Assembly (NCBI GenBank): GCA_030390025.1
Contig: CM059432.1
Location: forward strand, 4,216,001 to 4,280,000
Direction: 5' to 3'
DNA from: Squalus acanthias
Lineage: Eukaryota
Length of the DNA: 64,000 bases
A program made the position numbers and the translations under genes. Below, one piece after another: positions 12,380 to 23,851 of this stretch. The notes under the pieces were generated by a model, which did no database searches, had not been told where the DNA came from, and worked only from the letters and a program-made list of their open reading frames with translations. Position 1 is the stretch's first letter. The number at the start of each line of letters is the position of its first letter.

Positions 12380-12680
12380 CAGAGGACGCCAAAGACAGGA
12401 GAAGAACACGCAGTTTCAATGACACTCGCCTCCAAATCCTACAGGACGGGATTGAGGAGAAAGAGAGAGAGAGCATGTGAGAGATAGAGAAAGAGAGAGA
12501 GAAAGAAAGAGAGCGACCAAGACTGATGGGTCTCCATGGGAGGACTTTGCAAAAAAAAACATGCATCTCGTGCCTTGTGAAGGGGAGTGACAGTGGCACT
12601 GAATGCCACCTCGCTCACTCCCAGAACTACAGACCAGTGCCGCAAGAAGTTCAATGACCTAATGAGAGCAGGCAAGGGAA
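12380..12680 (+). pseudogene. Decayed Myb/SANT-like (trihelix) exon of a Harbinger-type transposon
   Basis: RRRTRSFNDTRLQILQDGIEEK...VALNATSLTPRTTDQCRKKFNDLMRAGK, matching the motif at 49174-49236 (PRTHTQCRKKFND). Interrupted by a GA-rich repeat. Confidence 0.7.
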
Positions 12681-12964
12681 CACACCAGCCATTCTCGCGT
12701 AGGAGTACTCGAGTAGGCAAGAGAGAACTTAAGATGGGAGACTGAGGCTTACACTAATCTGAAGGAGGCAGTATAAATTAATCTCCTGCAAATGTTTGCC
12801 TCGTTAATTTTTTATGCTAGTTCTCAGCAGTTCCATCATTCCCGTCATATTATTGCTTTTCAGAGCCTGGATTTACATAGAAGTTACAACACAGAAACGG
12901 GTCATTCGGCACAATCAGTTTCCCATGGTGCTTATCCACCAGAGGAGCAGTATTCCAAATCAAG

Positions 12965-13930
12965 AACAACAACAACAACTTGCATTTCTATAGCGCCTTT
13001 AACGTAGTAAAAACATCCCAAGGCGCTTCACAGGATCATTATCATACAAATCTACAAGGCACAAGTCAGGAGTGTGATGAAATACTTTTCATTTGCCTGG
13101 ATGAGTTGCAGCTCCAACAACACTCAAGAAGCTCAACACCATCCAGGACAAAGCAGCCCGCTTGATTAGCACCCCATCCACCACCTTAAACATTCACTCC
13201 CTCCACCACCGGCGCACCGTGGCTGCAGTGTGTACCATCTACAAGATGCACTGCAGCAACTCGCCAAGGCTTCTTCGGCAGCATCTCCCAAACCCGCCAC
13301 CTCTTCCACCTAGAAGGACAAGGGCAGCAGGCGCATGGGAACACTACCACCTCCAAGTTCCCCTCCAAGTCACACACCATCCTAACTTGGAAATATATCG
13401 CCGTTCCTTGATCGTCGCTGGATCAAAATCCTGGAACTCCCTCCCTAACAGCACTGTGGGAGTACCTTCACCACACGGACTGCAGCGGTTCAAGATGGCA
13501 GCTCACCACCACCTTCTCAAGGGCAATTAGGGGTGGGCAATAAATGCTGGCCTTGCCAGCGACGCCCACATCCCAGGAACGAATAAAAAAGAATATTTGA
13601 CACTGAGCCACATAAAGAGATATTCGGACAGGTGACCAAAAGCTTGGTCAAAGAGGTATGTTTTAAGGAGCGACTTAAAGGAGGAAAGAGAGGCGGAGAG
13701 GTTTAGGGAGGGAATTCCAGAACTTAGGTCCCAGGCAGCTGAAGGCACGGCCGCCAATGGTGGAGCGATGAAAAATCAGGTATGTGCAAGAGGCCAGAAT
13801 TGGAGGAACGCAGAGATCACGGAGGTGTTGTGGGGCTGGAGGAGGTTACAGAGATAGGGAGGGGGCGAGGCCATGGACTGATTTGAACACAAGGATGAAC
13901 ATTTTTTAATCGAGGCGTTGCCAGCCTGTG
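12965..13930 (-). mobile_element. L2 3' end (-) split by a LINE-B 3' fragment (+, about 13050-13590)
   Basis: L2 sequence resumes at about 13591 after the LINE-B A-rich tail. LINE-B reads NIHSLHHRRTVAAVCTIYKMHC. Confidence 0.8.
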
Positions 13931-14247
13931 TAGGTCAGCAAGCTACACGGACCTACCCTGTTCCCATATCCCACTATTCCCCTTTCCATCAACCACCTAT
14001 CTAACCTATTCTTACATTTTGATGTGGCCTCTGCCTCAATCACTAATTCTCCTGTTCTCTGTCCTAAGTTTCTTGCATTTAATCTTGCACCCATGGTCCT
14101 CTCGTTCTAAACTCCTCAACCACTGGAAACTGCCTGTTGCTATCTACTCTGACCCTTCCCTTTGTAATTTTAAACACCTCTATTCAATCACACATAATCT
14201 CTTCTATTCCAATGAAAACAGCCCCCATTTCTCATCAAGAACATAAG

Positions 14248-14991
14248 GGGCCGAAAATTGATCCCGGGACGCGAGAGTACGCACTGCGTACTCTCGCGTA
14301 TTCCCACTCCAATTGCCAGTTTTCTGCATGCCCTGCGCATGCGCTGAAAACCGGCAATTGCTCTTCTGAAAAGGGGGCGGGGCCTGGGTGCATCGCGTGC
14401 GCGCTACAGGCTGCGCGCACGCTGTGCACTTCATGCTTTGGACGCGCAGGTAAGTAGGGAAGATTTTGGAAATGTAAAAAGGAGGAGTAAGACCCGCTTT
14501 TAAGAAGGTAAGTAGTGAATTAAGTATTTTTTTGAATTTTTTTTTACAGGTATATCTTTTTTAGAGACTTTAAAGACAGGTAAGTTTATTTTTATAACTT
14601 TTTAAAAGATTTTAAATTTTTTCAAAAATTTAATTTTTTATTTAAAATGGTTAATTTAATTAACTATACTTATTTTATTAATGTGATGGTTTTTTTTTTT
14701 AATTTAATTGAGGTTTAGCTGTTATTTTGGGGGGGTGTAAGATTCATAGATTTCACAGCCATGCTGTGAGACTTATGAATGGAAGATGGTGTGCTGCCAT
14801 TGGCTCTAACTGAGTCACGTGATCCCACAGCTCGCACGAATTCACTACGCCGCTGGGATACGCAAGCACTGCCCAGCTGATGTCTGGAACATCAAGTTCG
14901 TGCGAGCTGGATCTGAAAAAGCATAAGCGAGGTGAGACATCGCGGGGAAGGCTTACCCCCGCGGGAACAGAGCGAGATCAATTTCTGGGCC
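14248..14991. mobile_element. MITE with 3-bp TSD (Harbinger-type)
   Basis: TIRs GGGCCGAAAATTGATC / GATCAATTTCTGGGCC and perfect TSD AAG. Inserted in a CR1 (TAAGAACA)n tail. GC-rich ends, AT-rich core. Confidence 0.85.
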
Positions 14992-15434
14992 AAGAACATA
15001 AGAAAAAGGTGCAGGAGTCGGCCATTCGGCCCCTCGAGCCTGCTCCGTCATTCAATAAGATCATGGCTGATCTTCGACCTCAACTCCACTTCCCTGCCCG
15101 CTCCCCATAACCCTTGACTCCCATAATATTCAAAAATCATGTCCCTTCCAGAAGTTACTATATTTTTAAGTGAGACTCCTTTGGACAATAATGACGGTGT
15201 AAAATTATGAAATATGATGCACGTGAAATGAGTCAGGGCCACAGGATAATCTCTGACAACTTTAGCCATTGGTTCCCATCCTCTCCAGCTGCTTCCTAAC
15301 CTACTGTATGGGCTTGTGCATCTCATAGAATCCTACAGCACAGAAGCAGGCCATTCAGCCCATCGTGCCTGTGCCGGCTCTTTGAAAGAGCTCTCCAATT
15401 AGTCGCACTTCCCCCCCCACCCTTTCCCCTATAG

Positions 15435-16218
15435 AGTCATGAGTCATAGAGTCATAACGGCACAGAAGGAGGCCATTTGGCCCATCGAGTCTGCGCCAGC
15501 TCTCTGTCGAGCAATCCAGTCAGTCCCAGTCTCCCGCTCTATCCCTGTAGCCCTGCAAGTTTATTTCCTCAAGTGCCTATCCAGTCTCCCCTTGAAAACA
15601 TCGAGTGTCTCCGCTTCCACCACTTCCGTCGGCAGCGAGTTCTAGGTCCTCACCACTCGCTGCGTCCTTCTCTGTCTGGCGGTCACCCATTCCCTCTCTG
15701 CCTGCACATTCTGAGGCTGCGGGGTGACCACTTCTAGAAACGTGCTTTCCAAGTATTTCTCAGCCTCGCGGATGCACTGTAGTGACTCCAGCTGCCGCTC
15801 AGGCTCCGAAACCCGGAGCTCGAGTTGCTGCAGTTGGCGACACTTCCTGCACATGTGGTCGTCCAAGCCGCAAGAAGCATCCAGGATTTCCCACATGGCA
15901 CAGGGTGCGCAAATCACGGGACTGAGCTGCCCTGCCATGCCTCTATTTACCAGACTATGGAGGTCATTTAGCAGAAATAAACTTAACAAGAAACATTCAA
16001 CAGCTACCCACCAATCAGCACCTCCCTCTATTCGATAGGCTATGAACTACTTAGCAGAAATATACTGAAAACAGAACAAATTTTTTTTTACCACACATAC
16101 TCACCCGATGCTCACCTCTCAGCTCCCTTGTGCTAGCGACACCTTTGAATTCTGTCGCCACTCCTTCGTTGTGTCGCTTGCCGACTGTTTCCCTCGCAGG
16201 TAGTCCCCTCGCTCAGAC
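15435..16218 (-). mobile_element. Internally deleted CR1 derivative (5' UTR + ORF1 N-terminus fused to 3' end)
   Basis: 10-bp direct repeat TCCCCTATAG at 15425-15434 and 16219-16228. ORF1 Cys-rich/leucine-zipper segment CAPCAMWE...CRKCRQLQQLELRV is joined near 15660 to a CR1 3' end with an 8-bp tail. Confidence 0.78.
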
Positions 16219-16884
16219 TCCCCTATAGCCCTGTAAATTTCTCCTTTTCAAGTATTTATCCAATTCCCCTTTTGAAAGTTACTATTGAATCTGCTTCCCT
16301 TTCATCCCATCTGTGGCAATACTTCAGAATCTTCCCCGTCATTGAAGTTATTAACGCTAAGCTTGACCTGGAGTAAGATGCTCACTTTTTAGTTTGACTG
16401 TTCACCTGGAGGCCTTAGCAAGCAAAAAAAAATTGACTTTTTAATTGTCTTTTTATGAATGTTCATTGATCCAGTTTTGGAGAGGGTAGAACTGCTTCGA
16501 TCAGTGCTAAACGTGAATGAATAATTCATTAGTCTTTCTTCCCTTTCATAATGGTGGTGCTTATCCTACTCATTGAAAAGCCTACCCTTGACCCCCTTTA
16601 GTCTTCACCAACCGGCCTTTCTTCTCTAAGGTCTGGAATGTGTGGTCACCACACAGATCTGTGCCCAACCTTCTCCGTTCAAAGCCCTTCAGTCTTAACG
16701 TACGTCCCATCCACTGACACACTTAATCTTCTGCTTTTATTGAGAGTTGGATCAGGAAGCTTCACCTCACTGGGCACCTCCTCTATATTTGATTCTGCAC
16801 ACATTTTGTTCCATCGCTTGAAAATTGTGAATGAAATTTTTTTTTTCGGCTTCAAGTCTTCTTGCGCCCTGCCACAAATATAAG

Positions 16885-17292
16885 TCTTGGAGCGCTGCGT
16901 ACGGTTCTGGTCACCATATTATAAAAAGGGTATAGAGGCACTGGAGAGGGTGCAGAGAAGATTTACAAGGATGATACCAGAAATGCGAGGGTATACATAT
17001 CAGGAAAGGATGAACAGGCTGGGGCTCTTTTCTCTTGAAAAGAGAAGGCTGAGGGGTGACCTAATAGGGGTCTTAAAATTATGAAAGGGTTTGATAAAGT
17101 AGATACAGAGAGAATGTTTCCACTTGTGGGGAAGAGCAAAACTAGAGGCCATCAATATAAGATAGTCACCAAGAAATCCAATAAGGAATTCAGAAGAAAC
17201 TTCTTTACTCAAGAGTGGTGAGAATGTGGAACTCGCTACCACAGGGAGCGGTTGAAGCAAACAGTATAGAGACAGGGAGGCTAGATAAGCAT
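16885..17292 (+). mobile_element. CR1 LINE 3' fragment
   Basis: ERCVRFWSPYYKK...RRLRGDL. Confidence 0.85.
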
Positions 17293-18828
17293 AGAATCAT
17301 AAAATCATAGAATGGTTACAGCAAAGAAGGAGGCCATACTGCCCATTGAGCCCGTGCCAGCTCTCTGCAAGAGCACTTCAGCCAGTCCCACTCCCCCGCC
17401 CTTTCCCCGTAGCCCTGCAAATTCTTTTCCTTCAGGTATTTATCCAACTCCCTTTTGAAAGCCACGATTGAATCTGCCTCCACTACCCTTTCAGGCATTC
17501 CAGATCCTAACCACTCGCTGAGTAAAAGAGTTTTTCCTCATGTCGCCTTTGGTTCTTCTGCCAATCACCTTAAATCTGTGTCCTCTGGTTCGCGACCCTT
17601 CTGCCAATGGGAACAGTTTCTCTCTATCTGCTCTGTCTAGACCCCTCATGATTTTGAACACCTCCATCAAATCTCCTCTCAACCTTCTCTGCTCCAAGGA
17701 GAACAACCCCAGCTTCTCCAGTCTATCCACGTAACTGAAGTCCCTCATCCCTGGAATCATTCTCGGAAATCTTTTCTGCACCCTCTCTTAGGCCTTCACA
17801 TCCTTCCTAAAGTGCGGTTCCCAGAATTGGACACAATACTCCAGTTGAGGCCAAACCAGTGTTTTATAAAGGTTCATCATAACTTCCTTGCTTTTGTACT
17901 CTATGCCTCTATTCATGAAGCCCAGGATTCTGTATGCTTTGTTAACTGCTTTCTCAACCTGCCCTGCCACCTTCAACGATTTGTGCACATATACCCCCAG
18001 GTCTCTCTGTTCATGCACCCACTTTAGGATTCTCCCACCAAAATGTATCACTTCGCACTTTTCTGCGTTAAATTTCATCTGCCACGTGTCTGCCCATTCC
18101 ACCAGCCTGTCTATGTCCTCTTGAAGTCTATCACTATCCTCCTGTTCACTATACTTCCAAGTTTTGTGTCAGCTGAAAATTTTGAAATTGTTCTCTGTAC
18201 ACCCAAGTCCAAGTCATTAATATATATCAAGAAAAGCAGTGGTCCTAGTACCGACCCCTGGGGAACACCACTGTATACCTTCCTCCAGTCCGGAAAACAA
18301 CCTTTCACCACTACTCTCTGTTTCCTGTCCCATAGCCAATTTTGTATCCATGCTGCCACTGTCCCTTTTATTCCATGGGCTTCAACCTTGCTGGCAAGCC
18401 TATTACGTGGCACTTTATCAAACACCTTTTGAAAGTCCATGTACACCACGTCAACCGCATTGCCCTCATCAACCCTCTCTGTTACCTCATCAAAAAACTC
18501 GATCAAGTTGGTTAAACACGATTTGCCTTTAACAACTCCGTGCTGGCTTTCCTGAATTAATCCACACTGTCCAAGTGATTGGTAATTTTGTCCCCGATTA
18601 TCGTTTCTAAAAGCTTCCCCACCACCGAGGTTAAACTGACTGGCCTGTAGTTGCTGGGTTTATCTTACACCCTTTTTGGAACAAGGATGTAACATTTGTA
18701 ATTCTCTAGTCCTCTGGCACCACCCCTGTATCTAAGGAGGATTGGAATATTATGGCCAATACCTCCGCGATTTCCACCTTAAATTCCCTCAGCATCCCAG
18801 GATGCATCCCATCCAGTCCTAGTGACTT
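17292..18828 (-). mobile_element. CR1 LINE RT fragment
   Basis: VDVVYMDFQKVFDKVP...GVPQGSVLGPLLFLIYINDL...; (ATAGAATC)n tail. Confidence 0.92.
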
Positions 18829-19645
18829 AAGAACATAAGAACATAAGAATTAGGAGCAGGAGTCGGCCATACGGCCCCTCGAGCCTGCTCCATCATTCAA
18901 TAAGATCATGACTGATCATCGACCTCAACTCCACTTTCCCACCCGATCTCCATATCCCTTGATTCCTCTAGAGTCCAAAAATCTATCTATCTCAGCCTTG
19001 AATATACTCAAAGAGTCAGCATTCACAGCCCTTTGCGGTAGAGAATTCCAAAGATTCACAACCCTCTGAGTGAAGAAATTCCTCCTCATCTCAGTCTTAA
19101 TTGGCCGACCCCTTATCCTGAGACTATGACCCTAGTTCTAGACTCTCCAGCCAGGGGGAAACAACCTCTCAGCATCTACCCTGTCAATCCCACTCAGAAT
19201 CTTTTATGTTTCAATGAGCCCATTCTTCCAAACTCCAGAGAGTATCGGCTCATTCTACACAATCTCTCCTCATAGGACAGCCCTCTCATCCCGGGGATAA
19301 ATTTAGTGAACCTTCGTTGCACCGCCTCCAAGGCAAGTATATCCTTCCTTAGATAAGGAGACCAAAACTGTACACAGTAATCCAGGTGTGGTCTCACCAA
19401 AGCCCTGTACAATTGTAGCAAGACTTGCTTACTCTTATACTCCAACCCCCTTGCAATAAAGGCCAACATGCCATTCGCCTTCCTTATTGCTTGCTGTACC
19501 TGCATGCTAGCTTTTTGTGTTTCTTGCACGAGGACACCCAAATCTCTCTGAACACCAACATTTGAAAGTTTCTCACCATTTAAAAATATTCTGTTTTTCT
19601 ATTCTTCCCACCAAAGTGAATAACCTCACATTTCTCTACATTATA
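18829..19645 (-). mobile_element. CR1 LINE 3' fragment
   Basis: ORF 19194-19541 and a (TAAGAACA)n tail. Confidence 0.9.
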
Positions 19646-20132
19646 GGCCACCTTAAAGGGAAGGGCCATCGCTGCAGGCTCTGCAATATAAAAAGTGCCT
19701 ACCTGGACCACCAAGGCAGCCGCGATCCCGCGCGATCAGCAGAGCACCGGGCTGATCGATCGCGGGCAGGAACCCGCAAAAAAAACTGGAACAAGAAAAG
19801 TTTAGTTTTTTCTTTACGTAGCTCGGCCACCTCGCCTTTAATCATCGCCCCCTGAAGCGGCCGGCCGCCCGATGCGCGCCTCTTGCAGCTGTCGGTGTTT
19901 TTGACCGGCGCTGATGGAAGGGGGCGAAAGTCAATTTCGGGTCCGGGGCGATGCGCACGGCGATGATGTCACGATCTCTGGGCGAAGGAGATTGGGGCGT
20001 AACGCCGTAGCGCCGCCACAAAGCTCCCGCCGAATAAGGTGGGAGGCGATGTCAGCGCCGTGCCCACTCGCCAAGCCTTTTGGGCCCCGTTAGCGCCCCC
20101 CAGGGGCGCAAAGGCACCTAGTTTCACCCCCC
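19645..20132. mobile_element. Harbinger-type MITE fragment (one TIR visible)
   Basis: Ends in TTTCACCCCCC. Subterminal TTAGCGCCCC...GGGGCGCAAA as in 1161-1600 and 42112-43005. Confidence 0.7.
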
Positions 20133-20224
20133 TATGTTTTGCAAGTGTCGAAACTTTAGAAGGAAGTCCCAGAGTAGATTTGCCGCTGTTCCATGCCTAG
20201 TCGACCTGGCTCCTTCTGGCATTA

Positions 20225-21280
20225 AAACATAAGAACATAAGAAATGGGAGCAGGAGTAGGCCATTTGGCCCCTCGAGCCTGCTCCGCCATTCAATAAGAT
20301 CATGGCTGATCTGATCTTGGCCTCAACTCCACTTTCCTGCCCGCTCCCCATAACCCTTGATTCCCCTGTTTTTGAAAAATCTGTCTATCTCCACCTTAAG
20401 GGGATTTGAGTACAGGAGTAGGGAGGTGATGCTACAGTTGTACAGGGCCTTGGTGAGGCCACACCTGGAGTATTGTGTGCAGTTTTGGTCTCCTAACTTG
20501 AGGAAGGACATTCTTGCTATTGAGGGAGTGCAACGAAGGTTCACTGGATTGATTCCTGGGATGGCCAGACTGACATATCAAGAAAGATTGGATCAACTGA
20601 ACTTGTATCCTCTGGAGTTCAGAAGAATGAGGGGGGATCTTATAGAGACGTTTAAAATCCTGACTGGTTTAGACAAATTAGATGCGGGCAGAATGTTTCC
20701 AATGTTAGGGGAAACTAAAACCAGGGGTCACAGTCTAAGGATAAAGGGGAAGCCATTTAAGACTGAGATGAGGAGGAACTTCTTCACCCAGAGAGTGGTG
20801 AATCTGTGGAATTCTCTACCACAGAAGGTTGTTGAGGCCAGTTCGCTAAATATATTCAAAAGGGAGTTAGATATAATACTCACAACTAGGGGGATCAAGG
20901 GGTATGGCGAGACAGCAGGAATGGGGTACTGAGGTAGCATGTTCAGCCATGAACGCATTGAATGGCGGTGCAGGCTCGAAGGACCGAATGGTCTACTCCT
21001 GCACCTATTTTCTATGTTTCTATGTTTCTATGTTAAATATATTCATTGACCCAGCCTCCACAGCTCTCTGGGGTAGGGAATTCCAAAGATTCACGACCCT
21101 CTGAGAGAAGAAATTCCTCCTCATCTCCGTTTTAAATGGGCGACCCCCTTATTCTGAAACTGTGCCCCCGAGTTCTAGATTCCCCCATGAGGGGAAACAT
21201 CCTCCCTGCATCTACCCTGTCCAGCCCCTTCACAATCTTATACATTTCGATAAGATCCCCTCTCATTCCTCTAAACTCCA
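20225..21280. mobile_element. CR1 (-) 3' end split by a CR1 (+) fragment at about 20398-21032
   Basis: Outer copy stops at CTCCACCTTAA and resumes at TTAAATATATTC. Inner ORF 20357-20932 is the CR1 ORF2 C-terminus. Confidence 0.88.
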
Positions 21281-21534
21281 ACAGCTTGCAGGCTCGGGGG
21301 AACCCATGGTTGAAATCGCTGTCGTGGTTGGGGATCCCGTTACCATTTATCATCTCATGAACAGTGCCCAGACATAACCTATCTTGAACTGTGCTTTGAG
21401 TAGAATCTTGTCTAAAAGTGGTTCACTGCTTCCAGACAGTCCCTGTGTTGAATTGTCAATCCAATGGCAGTGGAAAGATGCTTTAAATGCATGACGGGCT
21501 TTCAGCTTGCCTGTTCCCCAAACAATGCCCGTTT

Positions 21535-22020
21535 GACTTGCATTTCTACAGTGCCTTTCATGACCACCGGATGTCCCAAAGTACTTCACAGCCAACAAAG
21601 TACTTTTTTGCTTGAAGTGTAGTCACTGTTGTAACATAGGAATCGCAGCAGCCAATTTGCGCACAGCAAGCTCCCACAAACAGCAATGTGATAATGACCA
21701 GATAATCTGTTTTAGTGATGGAGGGATAAATATTGGTCAGGGAGAACTCCCCTGCTCTTTTTTCAAACAGCACCATAGGATCTTTTACATCCACCTGAGA
21801 GCGCAGACGGGGCCTCGGTTTAACGTCCCATCCGAAAGATGGCACCTCCGACAGTGCAGCACTCCCTCAGTACTGCCCCACTGACAGTGCAGCGCTCCCT
21901 CAGTACTGGCACTGGAGTGTCAGCCTAGATTTGTGTACTACCAGTCTCTGGAGTGGGACTATGAACCTACAACCTTCTACGACCCAAAGGCGAGGGTGCT
22001 ACCCACTGAGCCACAGCCAA
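21535..22020 (-). mobile_element. DeuSINE-type SINE
   Basis: Collinear with 3327-3804, with an internal tandem duplication of GACAGTGCAGCRCTCCCTCAGTACTG. Confidence 0.82.
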
Positions 22021-22211
22021 CACCCAGACAGACGTCTTTGATCTCTGCAAGTCTTTGAAGAGAAGTGTTTTTTTAAGTTTCAACACAGCTACCAAAAGAT
22101 GGTAAAGCAACAGAAGTGAAAATCTGGAGAGACGTATACGGGCAGAGCTGAATCGATATCGGCAGACTGCCTTCTCACCAATGAGTGCATGAGCAAATGT
22201 ATTGGGTGTTG

Positions 22212-22630
22212 TATACTCTCTGGAGTTTAGGAGAAAGAGGTGATCTCATTGAAACATAAGATTCTGAAGGGGATTGACGGGGTAGATGCTGAGAGGTTGT
22301 TTCTCCCTGGCTGGAGAGTCTAGAACTTCGGGTCATAGTCTCAGGATAAGGGGTCGACCATTTAGGACTGAGATGAGGAGAAATTTCTTCACTCAGAGGG
22401 TTGTGAATCTTTGGATTTCTCTGCCTCAGAGGGTTGTGGATGCTCAGTCATTGAGTATATTCAAGGCTGAGATAGATAGATTTTTGGACACTAGGGGAAT
22501 TAAGGGATATGGGGATCAGGCGGGAAAGTGGAGTTGAGGTGGAAGATCAGCCATGATCTTATTGAATGGCGGAGCAGGCTCGAGGGGCCGTATGGCCGAC
22601 TCCTGCTCCTAATTCTTATGTTCCTATGTA
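22212..22630 (+). mobile_element. CR1 LINE 3' end
   Basis: GHSLRIRGRPFRTEMRRNFFTQRVVNLW plus the CR1 3' UTR. Confidence 0.88.
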
Positions 22631-22814
22631 TACCGAGCCATACAGACTAGGAAGTCTGCAGGTTGATCCATTGGTCTGATGCTTAATGAGCGGATTTCAG
22701 TCAGAAGGGAGGAAACGGCGAGGATACTAAAATTGGCCTCAGCAATCCTAGCTGAAGGAGGACAAAAATTTGCCAAGATTTCTGCTTTTCATTGATATTC
22801 CGTGACATCCGCAC

Positions 22815-23178
22815 GGTAGCCAATTTATGCACAGCAAGATGTCAGACAATCTGTTTTAGTGATGTTGGTTGAGGGATGAATATTTTCCAGGACACCGGGG
22901 AGAACTCCCCTGCTCTTCTTCAAAATAGCAAAATGGGATCTTTTACGCCCCCTGTGAGAGCGCAGACGAGGCCTCAGTTTAATAACTCATCCGACAGACG
23001 GCACCTCCGACAGTGCAGCACTCCCTCAGTACTGCACCTTTGACAGTGCAGCACTCCCTCAGTACTGGCACTGGAGTGTCAGCCCAGATTTTGCGCTCAA
23101 GTCTCTGGAGTGGAACGATGAACCCATGACCTTCTGACTCAGAGGTGATAGCGCTACCCCACTGAGCCACAGCTGACA
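22815..23178 (-). mobile_element. DeuSINE-type SINE
   Basis: tRNA-like head at about 23100-23178 and the same internal duplication as 21535-22020. Confidence 0.8.
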
Positions 23179-23851
23179 TTTACAGGAGAATCCTGCCTAT
23201 TACGTTATTGTAAAGCTTGAACTGCCTTCAGCAGGATAGGGTCGGTCCTAAAGATGTTCTGTTGGCATAGATTCAAAAGGCAATCGTAATGAGTGGTGAT
23301 CCCTGTCTCCTCACATCAATAATGCAGCCTGCTACACCAGTGGGTACTCAAGGATTGCCTCTGCTGATTGTTATTAATGGTATCAGAAACGGTCAGCTTG
23401 ACCTCTAAGGCGCACAATCGACAGGGTTATGCTGGTGTGCCCAAGAGGGTCAGATTTCTGCCCAACTCTTGAAGTATTTTTGAAGACATTTTGTGCAAAG
23501 AATATTTTTCAGTTTTAGGTAAACTTAATTCTAATGTCTGTGCTAACAGCACTTAGATCTTAGGTTTCCATGTAGCTTGAACAATGGAAACGTGCATCAA
23601 ATATTTGATGATCAAACTGAGCTTAGACTTGAGCAGATGATCTGGTCATTATCACATTGCTGCTTGCGGGATCTTGCTGTGGAAAAATTGGCTGCCACGT
23701 TTCCTATTTTACAACAGTGGCTGCACTTCACAAAGTATTTCATTGGCTGTAAAACACTTTGGGACGTCCTGAGATCGTGAAAGGTGCTATAGAAATGCAA
23801 GTCTTTCTTTCTTTCTTTGAGTTAGATAGTACAAGATCAAGTAGAATCTAG

